Assembly: GCA_963555755.3 (NCBI GenBank)
Contig: OY820905.2
Coordinates: forward strand, 2,720,001-2,784,000
DNA length: 64,000 nucleotides
Direction of reading: 5' to 3'
From: Nitrospirales bacterium
Lineage (GTDB): Bacteria > Nitrospirota > Nitrospiria > Nitrospirales > UBA8639
Part shown: positions 1 to 9,160 of the stretch, piece by piece
Position numbering within the stretch: position 1 is the first letter of the stretch
How the letters are laid out: each line of letters opens with the position of its first letter
Program-made: the position numbers and the translations under genes
The notes under the pieces: model-generated
Seen by the model: the letters and a program-made list of their open reading frames with translations, nothing else
Databases searched by the model: none
Told to the model about the DNA's origin: nothing

Positions 1-204
1 GCAAACCGAATTACCGCTATTTTAAAAGGAGACCGGGGCATCACCGGAGACACAGCCGTACGGCTCGGAACTTTTTTTGATACTACCTCCGCGTTTTGGA
101 TGAATCTTCAAACCAGCTATGAGTTAAGGCTTGCCGAAAAAGCCCTCCCACAAAGGGTTCGAAAAAATATAGAGGCGCAAAGGGAAACACTGGTTTCAGC
201 GTAG
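1..204 (+). CDS. higA: HigA-family (HTH/Xre) antitoxin, 5'-truncated by the window edge
   Basis: Frame 1 reads ANRITAILKGDRGITGDTAVRLGTFFDTTSAFWMNLQTSYELRLAE...*, with the HigA signature R.I..D.A.RL..FF...A.FWMNLQ..Y.L; not in the ORF track. Confidence 0.85.
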   Translation, partial: ANRITAILKGDRGITGDTAVRLGTFFDTTSAFWMNLQTSYELRLAEKALPQRVRKNIEAQRETLVSA

Positions 205-344
205 AGATCGCTCCAACTCTCTAACCCAAATCCTTCCAGGCCACATCCGATCCTTTCTATATTAGGGTGTTAGTCGCTCTTCCCAATCAGCCTGGCGTCA
301 ATTGGTACAAAGGCTTGTCCTTTTGGTACTTGAAGCGATACTGC

Positions 345-449
345 GAAACCGAAGAGTTCTGGGCCACCGCCCATAAAAATCTCAACCCCGGCAGCCAAGA
401 CGCCGAATTCGTCAAACAAGCCCTCGCCAAACTCCGCGAAGGCGAGACA
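345..449 (+). repeat. Coding-derived ~105-bp direct repeat, copy 1 (3' end of small ORF 267..458)
   Basis: gaaaccgaagagttctgggccaccgcc...gaaggcgagaca; encodes ETEEFWATAHKNLNPGSQDAEFVKQALAKLREGET. Confidence 0.9.
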
Positions 450-516
450 CCGTTTTAATTCCCGGAAAGGGCCTCAAGGGCACAAATCCAATTCACTGTG
501 CCCTCTCCCACAGACT

Positions 517-810
517 CTACTGGTTTCCAAACTCATCAGGCCATTTCCGAGAGGTGTGCATGACAGCAAGAATGCGAATCTGTTTCCCTTTGATGTAATA
601 GGGAAGGATATAGGGCAAACTCGGCACGATAAGTTCTCGAGTTTTGTCAACCCGACCAGGACGTCCTAAGTGTGGGTTATGGAGAAGGGAATTTCCTGAG
701 GTTTCGATTTTGGTTAAGACTCCATAAGCAGCAGCAGGGTCATCCGCTGCGATGAATTGACCGATTTCTTTGAGATCCTGAATCGCCTCTTTCAACCATA
801 GAACTTCCAT
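517..810 (-). CDS. RelE/ParE-family toxin
   Basis: W..EA.QDL.EI..FIA.DDP.AA...GRPGRV..TRELIV..LPYI..Y...IRILAVMHTSRKWP; its ATG overlaps the antitoxin stop (TGATG). Confidence 0.9.
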   Translation of the reverse strand: MEVLWLKEAIQDLKEIGQFIAADDPAAAYGVLTKIETSGNSLLHNPHLGRPGRVDKTRELIVPSLPYILPYYIKGKQIRILAVMHTSRKWPDEFGNQ

Positions 811-1061
811 CACCGCTTGAAGGACTCAACAACCTTATTCACCTCGGCAGTAGAAAAAAATTTCCCCCCTCTTTCAGCTTTTTTCAGGCGTTGACGGATC
901 CGCTTTTCTTGCCAGTCATACACTTCTAAATAGTGTTCAAGGGCTTCATTAATGAGCCAATTCCTAGAGCGATCAATTCCTGCAGCGATTCGGTCCAATT
1001 TTTTTTGAGTTTCAACCGACATCCTCACGGTCACATTTCCAGTATTTTGAGGCATATGCAT
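810..1061 (-). CDS. CopG/ribbon-helix-helix antitoxin
   Basis: VTVRMS.ETQKKLDRIA..IDRSRNWLINEALEHYL RHH pattern; directly upstream of the RelE toxin. Confidence 0.85.
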   Translation of the reverse strand: MHMPQNTGNVTVRMSVETQKKLDRIAAGIDRSRNWLINEALEHYLEVYDWQEKRIRQRLKKAERGGKFFSTAEVNKVVESFKR

Positions 1062-1157
1062 TTACTCCGATTGCAAAAGATTACAGTTGCAGTATGGCAC
1101 GGATTTCTATGAATTTCTAGTCAGGAACCTCCAAAGCTAAGGAATAGGATATTTAGA

Positions 1158-1262
1158 GAAACCGAAGAGTACTGGGCCACCGCCCATACCAATCTCAAAC
1201 CCGGTAGCCAAGACGCCGAATTCGTCAAACAAGCCCTCGTCAAACTGCGTGAAGGGGAAACG
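1158..1262 (+). repeat. Coding-derived ~105-bp direct repeat, copy 2
   Basis: 94/105 identical to 345..449 by manual alignment; 6 of 11 differences are synonymous third-position changes. Confidence 0.9.
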
Positions 1263-1357
1263 AAATTTTTATTTGGGTCTCCGCTCGATCTTCCCTAAAA
1301 AAATTGCCTAAAATCAATCCATTGTATGTTTTACCTAAATGGTAGAACACGCTATTA

Positions 1358-1466
1358 ACTGAAGAAAACAAGGCCACCGCTTCCAAGTACTTCACACGCG
1401 GCAGCCAGGATGCTGAATTCGTCAAGCAAGCCCTCACGAAATTGCGTGAAGGCAAAATCTCCTTCC
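1358..1466 (+). repeat. Coding-derived direct repeat, copy 3 (more diverged)
   Basis: Encodes TEENKATASKYFTRGSQDAEFVKQALTKLREGKISF; no in-frame start. Confidence 0.8.
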
Positions 1467-1724
1467 AACGAAATACATCCCGAAACCCCAGGCAAGACTT
1501 CTTAGGCTCTGCGTCGAAAGAAAAAGTGAATTAAGCCAAATTAAACATAAGAAATATATTTCCCTGATAACGCTGGTATGTACTAGCCTCTACTCCAAAG
1601 TTTATGATACCCCCTCATGAGTACTGTTGACCTAGGCAGATAAAATCAAGTACCCCTGGTCATATACACTGTAAAACTTTGGGGTTTTATTAAATCTTTT
1701 ACCCATTCAAATTTGAGGGTAGCC

Positions 1725-2432
1725 ATGTTGAAAAATGTTAATTATTTCCTCCTCTTTTTTGTTTTCCTGACGGCAACCGGGTGTGCGCAGACATCTGTTC
1801 TGACCCGTGATGGGGAAATTATTGAAAAGGCCGCTGACGATAGAATTTTGCTAATGCCGCCTGATATTGAACTTTATGAAATGACTATGGGTGGAATGCT
1901 GGAACCAAAGGCAGATTGGACTGCCTCGGCACTTAAGAATGTGGCGGAAGCTCTTAAACAGGAATTAAAGGCCAATAATGACACCATGATCTCTTATAAG
2001 GAACCTGCCGACGGTTCGAATGAGTTTAAAGTTCATCAGCAACTGATCAAGCTCCATGAAGTTGTTGGTGCGTCTATTATGAAGCATCAATATCCAACTG
2101 TTTGGCAACTTCCAACCAAAGAGGATAACTTTGAATGGACCTTGGGACAAAGAACAACTCGACTAAAGGAAAAATACGGAGCTCAGTATGGGCTGTTTGT
2201 CTATATGAGGGATAGTTACGCCAGTGCTGGGCGAGTCAGCTTAATGATTGGAATGGCAGTTTTAGGGGTGGGAATTCCTCTCGGACAACAGGTAGGTTTC
2301 GCATCGTTGGTAGACCTCAAAACTGGAGATATCGTTTGGTTTAATCGGATGTTTTCTGAGTCCGGTGACTTAAGAGAGTTGAATTTAGCTAGAGACTCTG
2401 TTCAGAACCTACTTGATGATTTTCCTTTATGA
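1725..2432 (+). CDS. Putative lipoprotein, unknown function
   Basis: GAGGG RBS then ATG 1725; hydrophobic signal ending LTATGC; ATGA overlap with the next gene. Confidence 0.75.
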   Translation: MLKNVNYFLLFFVFLTATGCAQTSVLTRDGEIIEKAADDRILLMPPDIELYEMTMGGMLEPKADWTASALKNVAEALKQELKANNDTMISYKEPADGSNEFKVHQQLIKLHEVVGASIMKHQYPTVWQLPTKEDNFEWTLGQRTTRLKEKYGAQYGLFVYMRDSYASAGRVSLMIGMAVLGVGIPLGQQVGFASLVDLKTGDIVWFNRMFSESGDLRELNLARDSVQNLLDDFPL

Positions 2433-3604
2433 CATTCTTAAAAACCGTATTAATTTTGGTTATGTATGGAATGTGCATTTCCTGCGCCACTCCAGGGGGA
2501 GAACCTGGTGCCTTAGGAGACATCAAACCAGGAGAACGTCCTGAACTCCACACTGATGAAGCAGGATTATGGATGGCCTTCGACAACATGGAGGAAAAAT
2601 TGAAGACTTCGGGGCGTCGAATCACCGATCCTCAAGTCAATCACTATATCCGAAATATCGTGTGTAAACTTGCGGGCCCCCAATGCTCTGATATTCGAAT
2701 TTACATCATGCAAATCCCAGATTTTAATGCCAACATGGCTTCCAATGGGATGATGCAAGTGTGGACAGGACTGATTCTTAGAGCCCAAAACGAGGCCCAA
2801 CTAGCTTACATTCTAGGTCATGAGATTGGTCACTATTTACGCCGCCACTCGATTCAAGCATGGCGTGATACTCGAATGAAGTCCAATGTTTCCGTGTTAT
2901 TTCAAATCGCCACGGCGGCCGCTGGAGTGGGCTATGTCGGTCAACTGGGACACATTGCGCTCATAGGGAGTATTCAGGCCTTTTCACGCGATAATGAACG
3001 AGAAGCCGACGATGTGGGATTTGATTTGATTGCTCAAGCGGGCTACGACCCGAGAGAGGCTTCCCGTATTTGGGAATCCTTGATGAAGGAACATGCCGCA
3101 TCCGAAAAGGAGGCTCCTTCTATCTTTTTCGCTACACATCCCCCCACGGAAGAGCGCATTGAAACCCTCACGGCCAAGGCTCAAGCAGTGACAGCCCAGG
3201 GAGGACGTTTTTTTGTGGGCAAGAAAGAACTCGAAGCTGTGGTATTACCACTAAGAGCTAGCTTACTTCGTGATGAATTGCGGCGCGGGGAATTCAAAGA
3301 GACTCAAATACTTTTAAATAATCTAATGAAAAATGAAGTGGGGTTGGGTCAGATACATTTCTTTCAAGGGGAACTTCATCGGCTGAGAGCTGAACCAGAT
3401 GACCAGGAAAAGGCTGTTGTTGCTTATCAGAAGGCCTTAGAATTTCCCAATGCCCCACCAGAAGCCCACCGAGCCCTGGGGCTTTTCTACTTCAAGGCAG
3501 GGGAAAAACCCAAAGCCCGGGAAGCCTTGGAGCGGTACTTGGATTTAAAGCCTGACGGAGATGATCACGAGATGATTCGTGAGTACCTCCGACAATTAAA
3601 CTGA
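2429..3604 (+). CDS. M48-family metallopeptidase lipoprotein with C-terminal TPR
   Basis: FNA motif, EAQLAYILGHEIGH (HExxH), FSRDNEREAD, ATHPPTEERI, C-terminal TPR; lipobox-like CISC. Confidence 0.9.
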   Translation: MTFLKTVLILVMYGMCISCATPGGEPGALGDIKPGERPELHTDEAGLWMAFDNMEEKLKTSGRRITDPQVNHYIRNIVCKLAGPQCSDIRIYIMQIPDFNANMASNGMMQVWTGLILRAQNEAQLAYILGHEIGHYLRRHSIQAWRDTRMKSNVSVLFQIATAAAGVGYVGQLGHIALIGSIQAFSRDNEREADDVGFDLIAQAGYDPREASRIWESLMKEHAASEKEAPSIFFATHPPTEERIETLTAKAQAVTAQGGRFFVGKKELEAVVLPLRASLLRDELRRGEFKETQILLNNLMKNEVGLGQIHFFQGELHRLRAEPDDQEKAVVAYQKALEFPNAPPEAHRALGLFYFKAGEKPKAREALERYLDLKPDGDDHEMIREYLRQLN

Positions 3605-3611
3605 GGAAACC

Positions 3612-4193
3612 ATGAGAAAATTACTATTTATTTCTGGGCTGATAATGATGCTTACTGGGTGTGCCACGTATACCTTAGTAGAACCTAATCGGACTGAAAT
3701 CGGCGACCTCTATACAGTTGAACCCCAAATTCCTTGGAGTGAGTCAACCTCGGATAAAACCCAAATTTGGACAGTGGACGGTCCCGCTTTGCAAGAACTT
3801 CGCTTTGTCAATGGTATTGAAGATAGTGAGTCTCCATTTGTGGGCTTACTAGAAGAAGAAAAGAGTCCAAAATTTAGAAAGGGCATGACGTCTTTAGAAA
3901 TTAAGGACCTGGTAGTTGATGGGCTCTCCGTCATGGGCGCCTACAAAATTAAAATGAAAAAGGTTAAGCCATTTCAGTTTGGGGCACATGAGGGTTTTCG
4001 AATGGAATTGGATTATGTCACAGAGGATGGACTTGAAAAATCGGGATTGGTGGTTGGCTCAGTCATTAAAGAAAAATTGTACGTTATCGCGTATACCGGG
4101 GCACGGGCACATTATTTTGCCAAGCATAAAGATCACGCTGAAAAAATAATTAATTCGATTCAAATGAAAGATAGTAAACCTTCTGCGGAATAG
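3612..4193 (+). CDS. Putative lipoprotein, unknown function
   Basis: GAGG RBS; MRKLLFISGLIMMLTGC lipobox. Confidence 0.75.
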   Translation: MRKLLFISGLIMMLTGCATYTLVEPNRTEIGDLYTVEPQIPWSESTSDKTQIWTVDGPALQELRFVNGIEDSESPFVGLLEEEKSPKFRKGMTSLEIKDLVVDGLSVMGAYKIKMKKVKPFQFGAHEGFRMELDYVTEDGLEKSGLVVGSVIKEKLYVIAYTGARAHYFAKHKDHAEKIINSIQMKDSKPSAE

Positions 4194-4402
4194 AGGCTTT
4201 TAAGATCTTCCATAGACTGTCGTTCCTTTCTTCTCAACTCCTATATGTATTCTTGTCCCTCTTCTCCTTAAGGCTTCTCTCGTATGGGGAGACCAGTAAT
4301 AATCTGGTTCCTAATGATCTTACCGTGGGCTCGGTATGCCCGATGCAGTTGCACCGGGGAATAAGAAGAATGAAAATGAAGAGAAAAGGAAGGTACAAGG
4401 TA

Positions 4403-4420
4403 TTGGTGCCGAAGCCGGGA
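4403..4420 (-). repeat. att-like duplication of the tRNA-Leu(GAG) 3' end
   Basis: ttggtgccgaagccggga is identical to 9160..9177. Confidence 0.85.
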
Positions 4421-4930
4421 TTGTGATAGTGGGGGTTGCTCAAGTCGTTGATAACTTTGGCAATCCCCGCTCCTAGCGTGCCTTTACGCAGTTTGCCTCT
4501 TTGCCTGACCTTGCCTCTCTCTTCCTCCATTCCCAACAGTTTGTCTGTATTTCTAACACCTATTTAACACCTACCAATTTGGCTAGGAAAGAGGGGGGGG
4601 GGTTGTCGGCAGGCGGGGGTGGCCAATGAGGAGTCCTCGCCCTAGCCTCTCATCTGGAGGGCTGTCGTCCTCAAAAGTCCTGTTAAGCATGTCTCGACGG
4701 GTTGATACACGCTTTTTCCCTCCAATCTACCGTGGGTTTGTCACAAGGAAAACAACAAAGCCCGTCGCCAACACGATGAGGCTTGCTGTTTGCAGGATGT
4801 TGTTTTCAACTACTCGTTTACGCTTTTACCTACCTCATTGCCCCGCTTGCATGAAGTCCTACGCGGAGAATTTCAACTAACTTTGGGCTTGACTCTTCTG
4901 TTTCTGTGTAAGGAATAGAAAGCATATGAA

Positions 4931-4950
4931 GTGTGACAACTATGTCACAC
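4931..4950. promoter_or_regulatory. Perfect palindrome, candidate bEBP upstream activator site
   Basis: gtgtgaca-acta-tgtcacac about 140 bp upstream of a sigma54 consensus. Confidence 0.5.
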
Positions 4951-5086
4951 AGAGAAAGCCTTCATTTTGTTAGGTTATTTGAGAAATTCGTTTGTAATTT
5001 TGAAAGATGGTGCGACACACTTTCCACAGTTTTTTTATTGCGAAGGCTAAGTCTCTAAAATTCAAAGGATTTTTTAATCATCATTT

Positions 5087-5101
5087 TGGCACAGAGCTTG
5101 C
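5087..5101 (+). promoter_or_regulatory. Sigma54 (-24/-12) promoter
   Basis: TGGCAC-agagc-TTGC matches TGGCAC-N5-TTGC exactly. Confidence 0.65.
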
Positions 5102-5190
5102 TTTATATCGTTTTTTAGAAGATTTTTTTTAACAATATGACATGAAGGAAGTACATACCCTGGTAAAAGCAATAGTAAGATTTTTCGTAA

Positions 5191-6639
5191 CTACTCAGGT
5201 GTGATGATCTTTGTAGTGAATTGTGCAGGCATAAAGGGGTGGCCGATCATGGCTTGTGAAATGGCTTGCAGCATGTTGCCGCCCTGCTTTCTCGCGGTAG
5301 AAAGGTAGCTTCGTATGCGGGCGAACTGCCTCGCGCCTTGAAGCGTTCGAAAACACCCGGATATTTTGAGGCGGAGCTTGATCATGCGGATATCCTGTTC
5401 TGCCAGATTATTAGTGAAGGGAACCTGTCTGTCATGGAGGAACGCGAGCACGGAGGCTTCATGCTCGCCAAGACGGGTGAGGAGATTTTGGGCCTTGGTC
5501 TTTTTGGGCCGGCCTCGTGACTTTTTCTGTGGCGGTGCCGGAAGGGGGTTGGCCTGCCATCCGAGGGTGAGAAGATCCCTGTATTGTTTCAGCCAGGGGG
5601 TTTTCTGTTCTTCCGTTAACTGTGCGAGTTGCTTGCTGACAAACACGTTCATCGTCAGCAACAGGTCAAACATGTGTTTGGCCCATGGTTGTTCGTGCTG
5701 CTCGAACAGGCACGTGAGTTCCCGCAAATGATGGGCGTTACAGAGGCCGTGGGCACAGTCATAGGAGAGATAGGGTTTCCAGAAATCGTGGATCAGGCGG
5801 CCAGCAAAATCCGGGAGGATCTGGAACTGCTCGATCGCCTCTCTTCCCCGTTTGGCGTGCACACCGTAAAAGGTCAACGTGGCCGTGCTGGCACTGTGGA
5901 GCCAGTGGAGCGTCCCGGCCGTGCGGACGCCGCTTTCATCGGCATGGAGGATGGGACTCTTGCCGAGCGCTTCTTTGACCGCAGTCTCGAACGGCGCGAG
6001 GTGCTCATAACTTCGGCGGGAGGCCTCGTCAATGGTGGCGTCGCTGACCGAGGCGCCATACAGATCAGCCATCATCTGGCTGACACGGCGTAAGGGGATC
6101 AACTGTTGGTTCTGGAGGTAGACCAGGAGGCTGCGAAATCTGGGACCGTACTGTGCCGGCGCAGGCAGGTCATCAGGAAATGACGCCGTGACCGAGCGGC
6201 CGCATTGGGGGCAGGTTTTGATTGCTCCCCGATATTCGGTGACGTCGAGTTTTGGCTCCGGCAGTTCAAAGAGCTGCCGGCGTTCATAGCCGGTGACCGT
6301 CTCGTTGGTGAGGTCGGCATGGCAGGAACAGGAGTGAACAGGCAGGTGGACCAGGTGGTCTGGGGTTTCCACCTGTTTTAACGTCTGGCCGGCATGTCCC
6401 TGTTGGCCGCCCGGCTTTTTCCCGGAAGGTATGCGCAGGCTCTTGGTTCGGGGCTTGGCCGGTCCATCGGACGAGGGCGGTTTGCTGCTGTTGCGACTGT
6501 GTTGGTCGAGCCGCTGTGCCAGTTCGGTGACATGCGTGGTCAGCGCCTGCCCCTGTTCCTGCAGCGCCAGGATCAGTTCGACGAGCGCCTCGGGGTTGCT
6601 CTTGGCCAGGATGAGGAGTGCGTCGCGGGTGAAGGTCAT
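5191..6639 (-). CDS. IS66-family DDE transposase
   Basis: NSSKPPSSD, KKPGGQQGHAG, CPQCG zinc finger, HADESG, CNAHHLREL, VPFTNNLAEQDIR. Confidence 0.93.
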   Translation of the reverse strand: MTFTRDALLILAKSNPEALVELILALQEQGQALTTHVTELAQRLDQHSRNSSKPPSSDGPAKPRTKSLRIPSGKKPGGQQGHAGQTLKQVETPDHLVHLPVHSCSCHADLTNETVTGYERRQLFELPEPKLDVTEYRGAIKTCPQCGRSVTASFPDDLPAPAQYGPRFRSLLVYLQNQQLIPLRRVSQMMADLYGASVSDATIDEASRRSYEHLAPFETAVKEALGKSPILHADESGVRTAGTLHWLHSASTATLTFYGVHAKRGREAIEQFQILPDFAGRLIHDFWKPYLSYDCAHGLCNAHHLRELTCLFEQHEQPWAKHMFDLLLTMNVFVSKQLAQLTEEQKTPWLKQYRDLLTLGWQANPLPAPPQKKSRGRPKKTKAQNLLTRLGEHEASVLAFLHDRQVPFTNNLAEQDIRMIKLRLKISGCFRTLQGARQFARIRSYLSTARKQGGNMLQAISQAMIGHPFMPAQFTTKIITPE

Positions 6640-7523
6640 GGCTTGCTCCGGCAGAGGGCCTGTCGGAAGTGGCGGATGAGGGGATAGAGATAAATTGCCT
6701 TCACCGGCACGCGCAGAGCCTTGTCACGGTCCTGCCGGGACCGGCCTTTGGTCTGCCCGACATAGAGCCAGTTCGCGGCCTGATAGCAGATACCTTTGAA
6801 GCGGTCTCGCTCCACAAAGGTCTCCACCAAGTGGACGGGATGGCCGTATTTCTCGATCCAGTCCTGCCGGAGACGTCTCATGACCCGGCCCAGGAGATGG
6901 CTGGCCAGATGCGGCACACGCACCCAGGGCAGGATGAGAAAGCGGGTATTGTTGGTCATGAAGTTGAGGTTGGCGGCTCGGGTGTCCGGCTCCCAGCCGA
7001 TAAAGGTGTCGCGCGGAGTGGTTTTCCAGGCGGCGGAACCGAAGAGGAGGCAGGCCAGATCCTGCCCGGAGCGATCCCGCACCAGGTACTTGAGATGTTC
7101 ACCGACCGTTCGGGTGAACCCGAGGTAGTGATGGTGGCTCAGGTAATATCCCACACAACTGGCTTCGTAGGAATGTGAGGTTGGAATATGAATGGACAGG
7201 GGCGTCAGGGTCTTGAGAGCTGCGTCGATGTGCGGGGCTTCGGGAGGCATAAACCCCTTTCGGAAAGGGGGGAAGATGTTGCGTCGAGAGGCGACACGAA
7301 TCGGGGGCAGCTTCAGGAGCCCGCGATGTTCGAGTTTGTCGATCATGCTGCGGGCGGCAAAGGTTTTCAGTTGTCCGGACGGGGTCTGCCAGCCCCAGTG
7401 CCGACAAATATGCTGGGTTATTTTATGGCGGCTCCAGTCAGGGTGCCGGCAAACCAGATGGCGTAACCAGCACAGATCAGATTGGGGGAGGCGACGACCT
7501 TGACATGTAATCGCTTCATTCAT
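6636..7523 (-). CDS. DUF4338-like (DruA-related) protein carried inside the IS66
   Basis: HHYLG, GEHLKYL, AAWK...RD.FIGW, NNTRFLILPWVRVPHLASHLL, ETFVE..RF.G.CYQAANW..VGQTKGR. Confidence 0.85.
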   Translation of the reverse strand: MNEAITCQGRRLPQSDLCWLRHLVCRHPDWSRHKITQHICRHWGWQTPSGQLKTFAARSMIDKLEHRGLLKLPPIRVASRRNIFPPFRKGFMPPEAPHIDAALKTLTPLSIHIPTSHSYEASCVGYYLSHHHYLGFTRTVGEHLKYLVRDRSGQDLACLLFGSAAWKTTPRDTFIGWEPDTRAANLNFMTNNTRFLILPWVRVPHLASHLLGRVMRRLRQDWIEKYGHPVHLVETFVERDRFKGICYQAANWLYVGQTKGRSRQDRDKALRVPVKAIYLYPLIRHFRQALCRSKP

Positions 7524-7595
7524 GGCCCCGATTATGCCATGGGTGGAGCCGTTAGTCCAGAAAAAAATCAGGCTATAGAAAATTGACCTGAGTAG

Positions 7596-8048
7596 TTACC
7601 AATCATCAAGCCAATCCTTAAATTCTTCACCTCCTAACTCAGATGCGTGAACGGGTCTTAAGGAAAATCTGGCTTTCCACACTCCCATTCTAGGTGTCAC
7701 TAAAGCATAGTACACCTTCCCTGCCTCAAGTTCGGCATCCATAAAATCAGCGGCTTCACTTATGACCATAAAACGAGTGGGTCCGGGGTTGGTCATATAG
7801 GTCAGTTTCCTTTTGGCCGGCACAATTCCAACAAATTCGTCCCTGTCTGGTTTTAGTTCATAGACGGAGGAAGCAATGGCAAAACCAAAAGTGGAAGGAC
7901 GCAGGAATAACACCAAGGCTTTTCCCGGATCCGGTTCTATTGTGGCTTGTTCAGGCAGCAACTCCCGCATGTGGGTAATAGGACCAGCACAACCTGTAAC
8001 CGTGAGCAATAGACAGAAAAGTGTTACGAAAAATCTATTTGGTGACAT
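7596..8048 (-). pseudogene. Lipoprotein gene truncated by the IS66 end
   Basis: GGAGG RBS, lipobox TVTGC; the stop codon is supplied by the IS terminal GTAA. Confidence 0.7.
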
Positions 8049-8446
8049 TAGGCCTCCTTAGTTTGAAAACCATCCTAAAGGGATAGGACTTTGAACGCGA
8101 GTTGGAGAAACATAACATCCAAGATAAGAGTCAAATGCCCTGGTTTATTTCATTTACACCTCAATCCAGTCGTCGCCTCATTGCCCCCCACCTCCCCACC
8201 CTCATGACTCCTCTTTCCCTTTCCTTTTTTAAAAATATCCTTGACCGGAGAAAAGAGTCAAGCCAAAAGTTGGTATTGTCAACTTAACGTGCTGCAAATG
8301 AAATGGGACGCATTCGCCGAACGGTGACACCATCTCATGCACACACCACATCTTTCCAAACCTGAAATGCCTGAGTACGCAACAGACGGTAATTGACCGC
8401 CTGCATGAGGTGGCGGCCGAGACGAAAGAGATTCTGCGTGAGTCCG

Positions 8447-8494
8447 GAAAAGGGGTCAATCATATTTACTGAAAAGGGGTCAATCATATTTACT
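8447..8494. repeat. Exact 24-bp tandem duplication
   Basis: gaaaaggggtcaatcatatttact x2. Confidence 0.9.
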
Positions 8495-9160
8495 AATTAA
8501 TAGGGAACAGGAAATTCAAACGCTATTTTAGGTCAATCGGAAACGTACCGAAGGGGCCGCACGGTGTCAATTACAAAATGAGAGGTTTCGGCGGTGGGGC
8601 TTTGTTGCTGGCGAGGTCTATCTACTTGTCAATAATTTGGAGGCAGACAAACGAAAGGCCCACACGGTTACCAGCCGGTAAGCCTTTCCAAAAGGAGAAT
8701 GCACCATTAGGTTTACTATCTCATGGAACGCGGAATCGGGCTAAACGTCGTTTGGAATATGGCCGATGAACAATCACCTTCCCTATAGTCTTTACTGTGG
8801 GCCTATCAAAACATTTCCAAAATCGAACCAGAAATTTTACGAGGACTCCGTACGCCCTGGACTGATTGCTGATTTTAACCCCCACCCCCCTATCCTTGCA
8901 TGCCCTATAGGATTAACTTGTTTATTGACTATGGCACCCCTTCCCTTCACATTCCTCGCCCTATCTCCTCCTTTCCTGAGCATGTAAATAAGCTGACTGC
9001 CATCCTAGAAATGGTACACATCGAACTATGAATCTCACAGGAACAGCCAGAGGTAGTGCGGTATATAAAAGCGGAAAAAGGAAAGGCGGACGGCCATTTT
9101 ACGGCCCACGGAGATTGATACAAACGAATCCCTTAAATATATCAATCACATAAAGAAACT

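Larger units (their letters stand above)
5187..7599 (-). mobile_element. IS66-family element with two ORFs
   Basis: 14-bp perfect TIRs gtaactactcaggt / acctgagtagttac; flanks gatttttc and caatcatc differ, so no TSD. Confidence 0.9.

Noticed and set aside
1094..1110. Sigma54 promoter at tggcacggatttct
   Set aside because: The -12 TTGC element is missing and it points away from the TA operon.
345..1466. Repeats as a DGR template/variable pair, CRISPR array or integron attC sites
   Set aside because: Differences are not adenine-specific and no reverse transcriptase is present. Units are about 105 bp with irregular spacing, are not palindromic, and lack RYYYAAC/GTTRRRY ends.
4584..4625. G-run (G11) as a phase-variable or G-quadruplex element
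   Set aside because: It is not in a credible gene or promoter, and homopolymer length cannot be trusted without reads.
6636..7523. Druantia anti-phage system
   Set aside because: Only the DUF4338-like gene is present and it lies inside IS TIRs; there is no DruE helicase or other partner.
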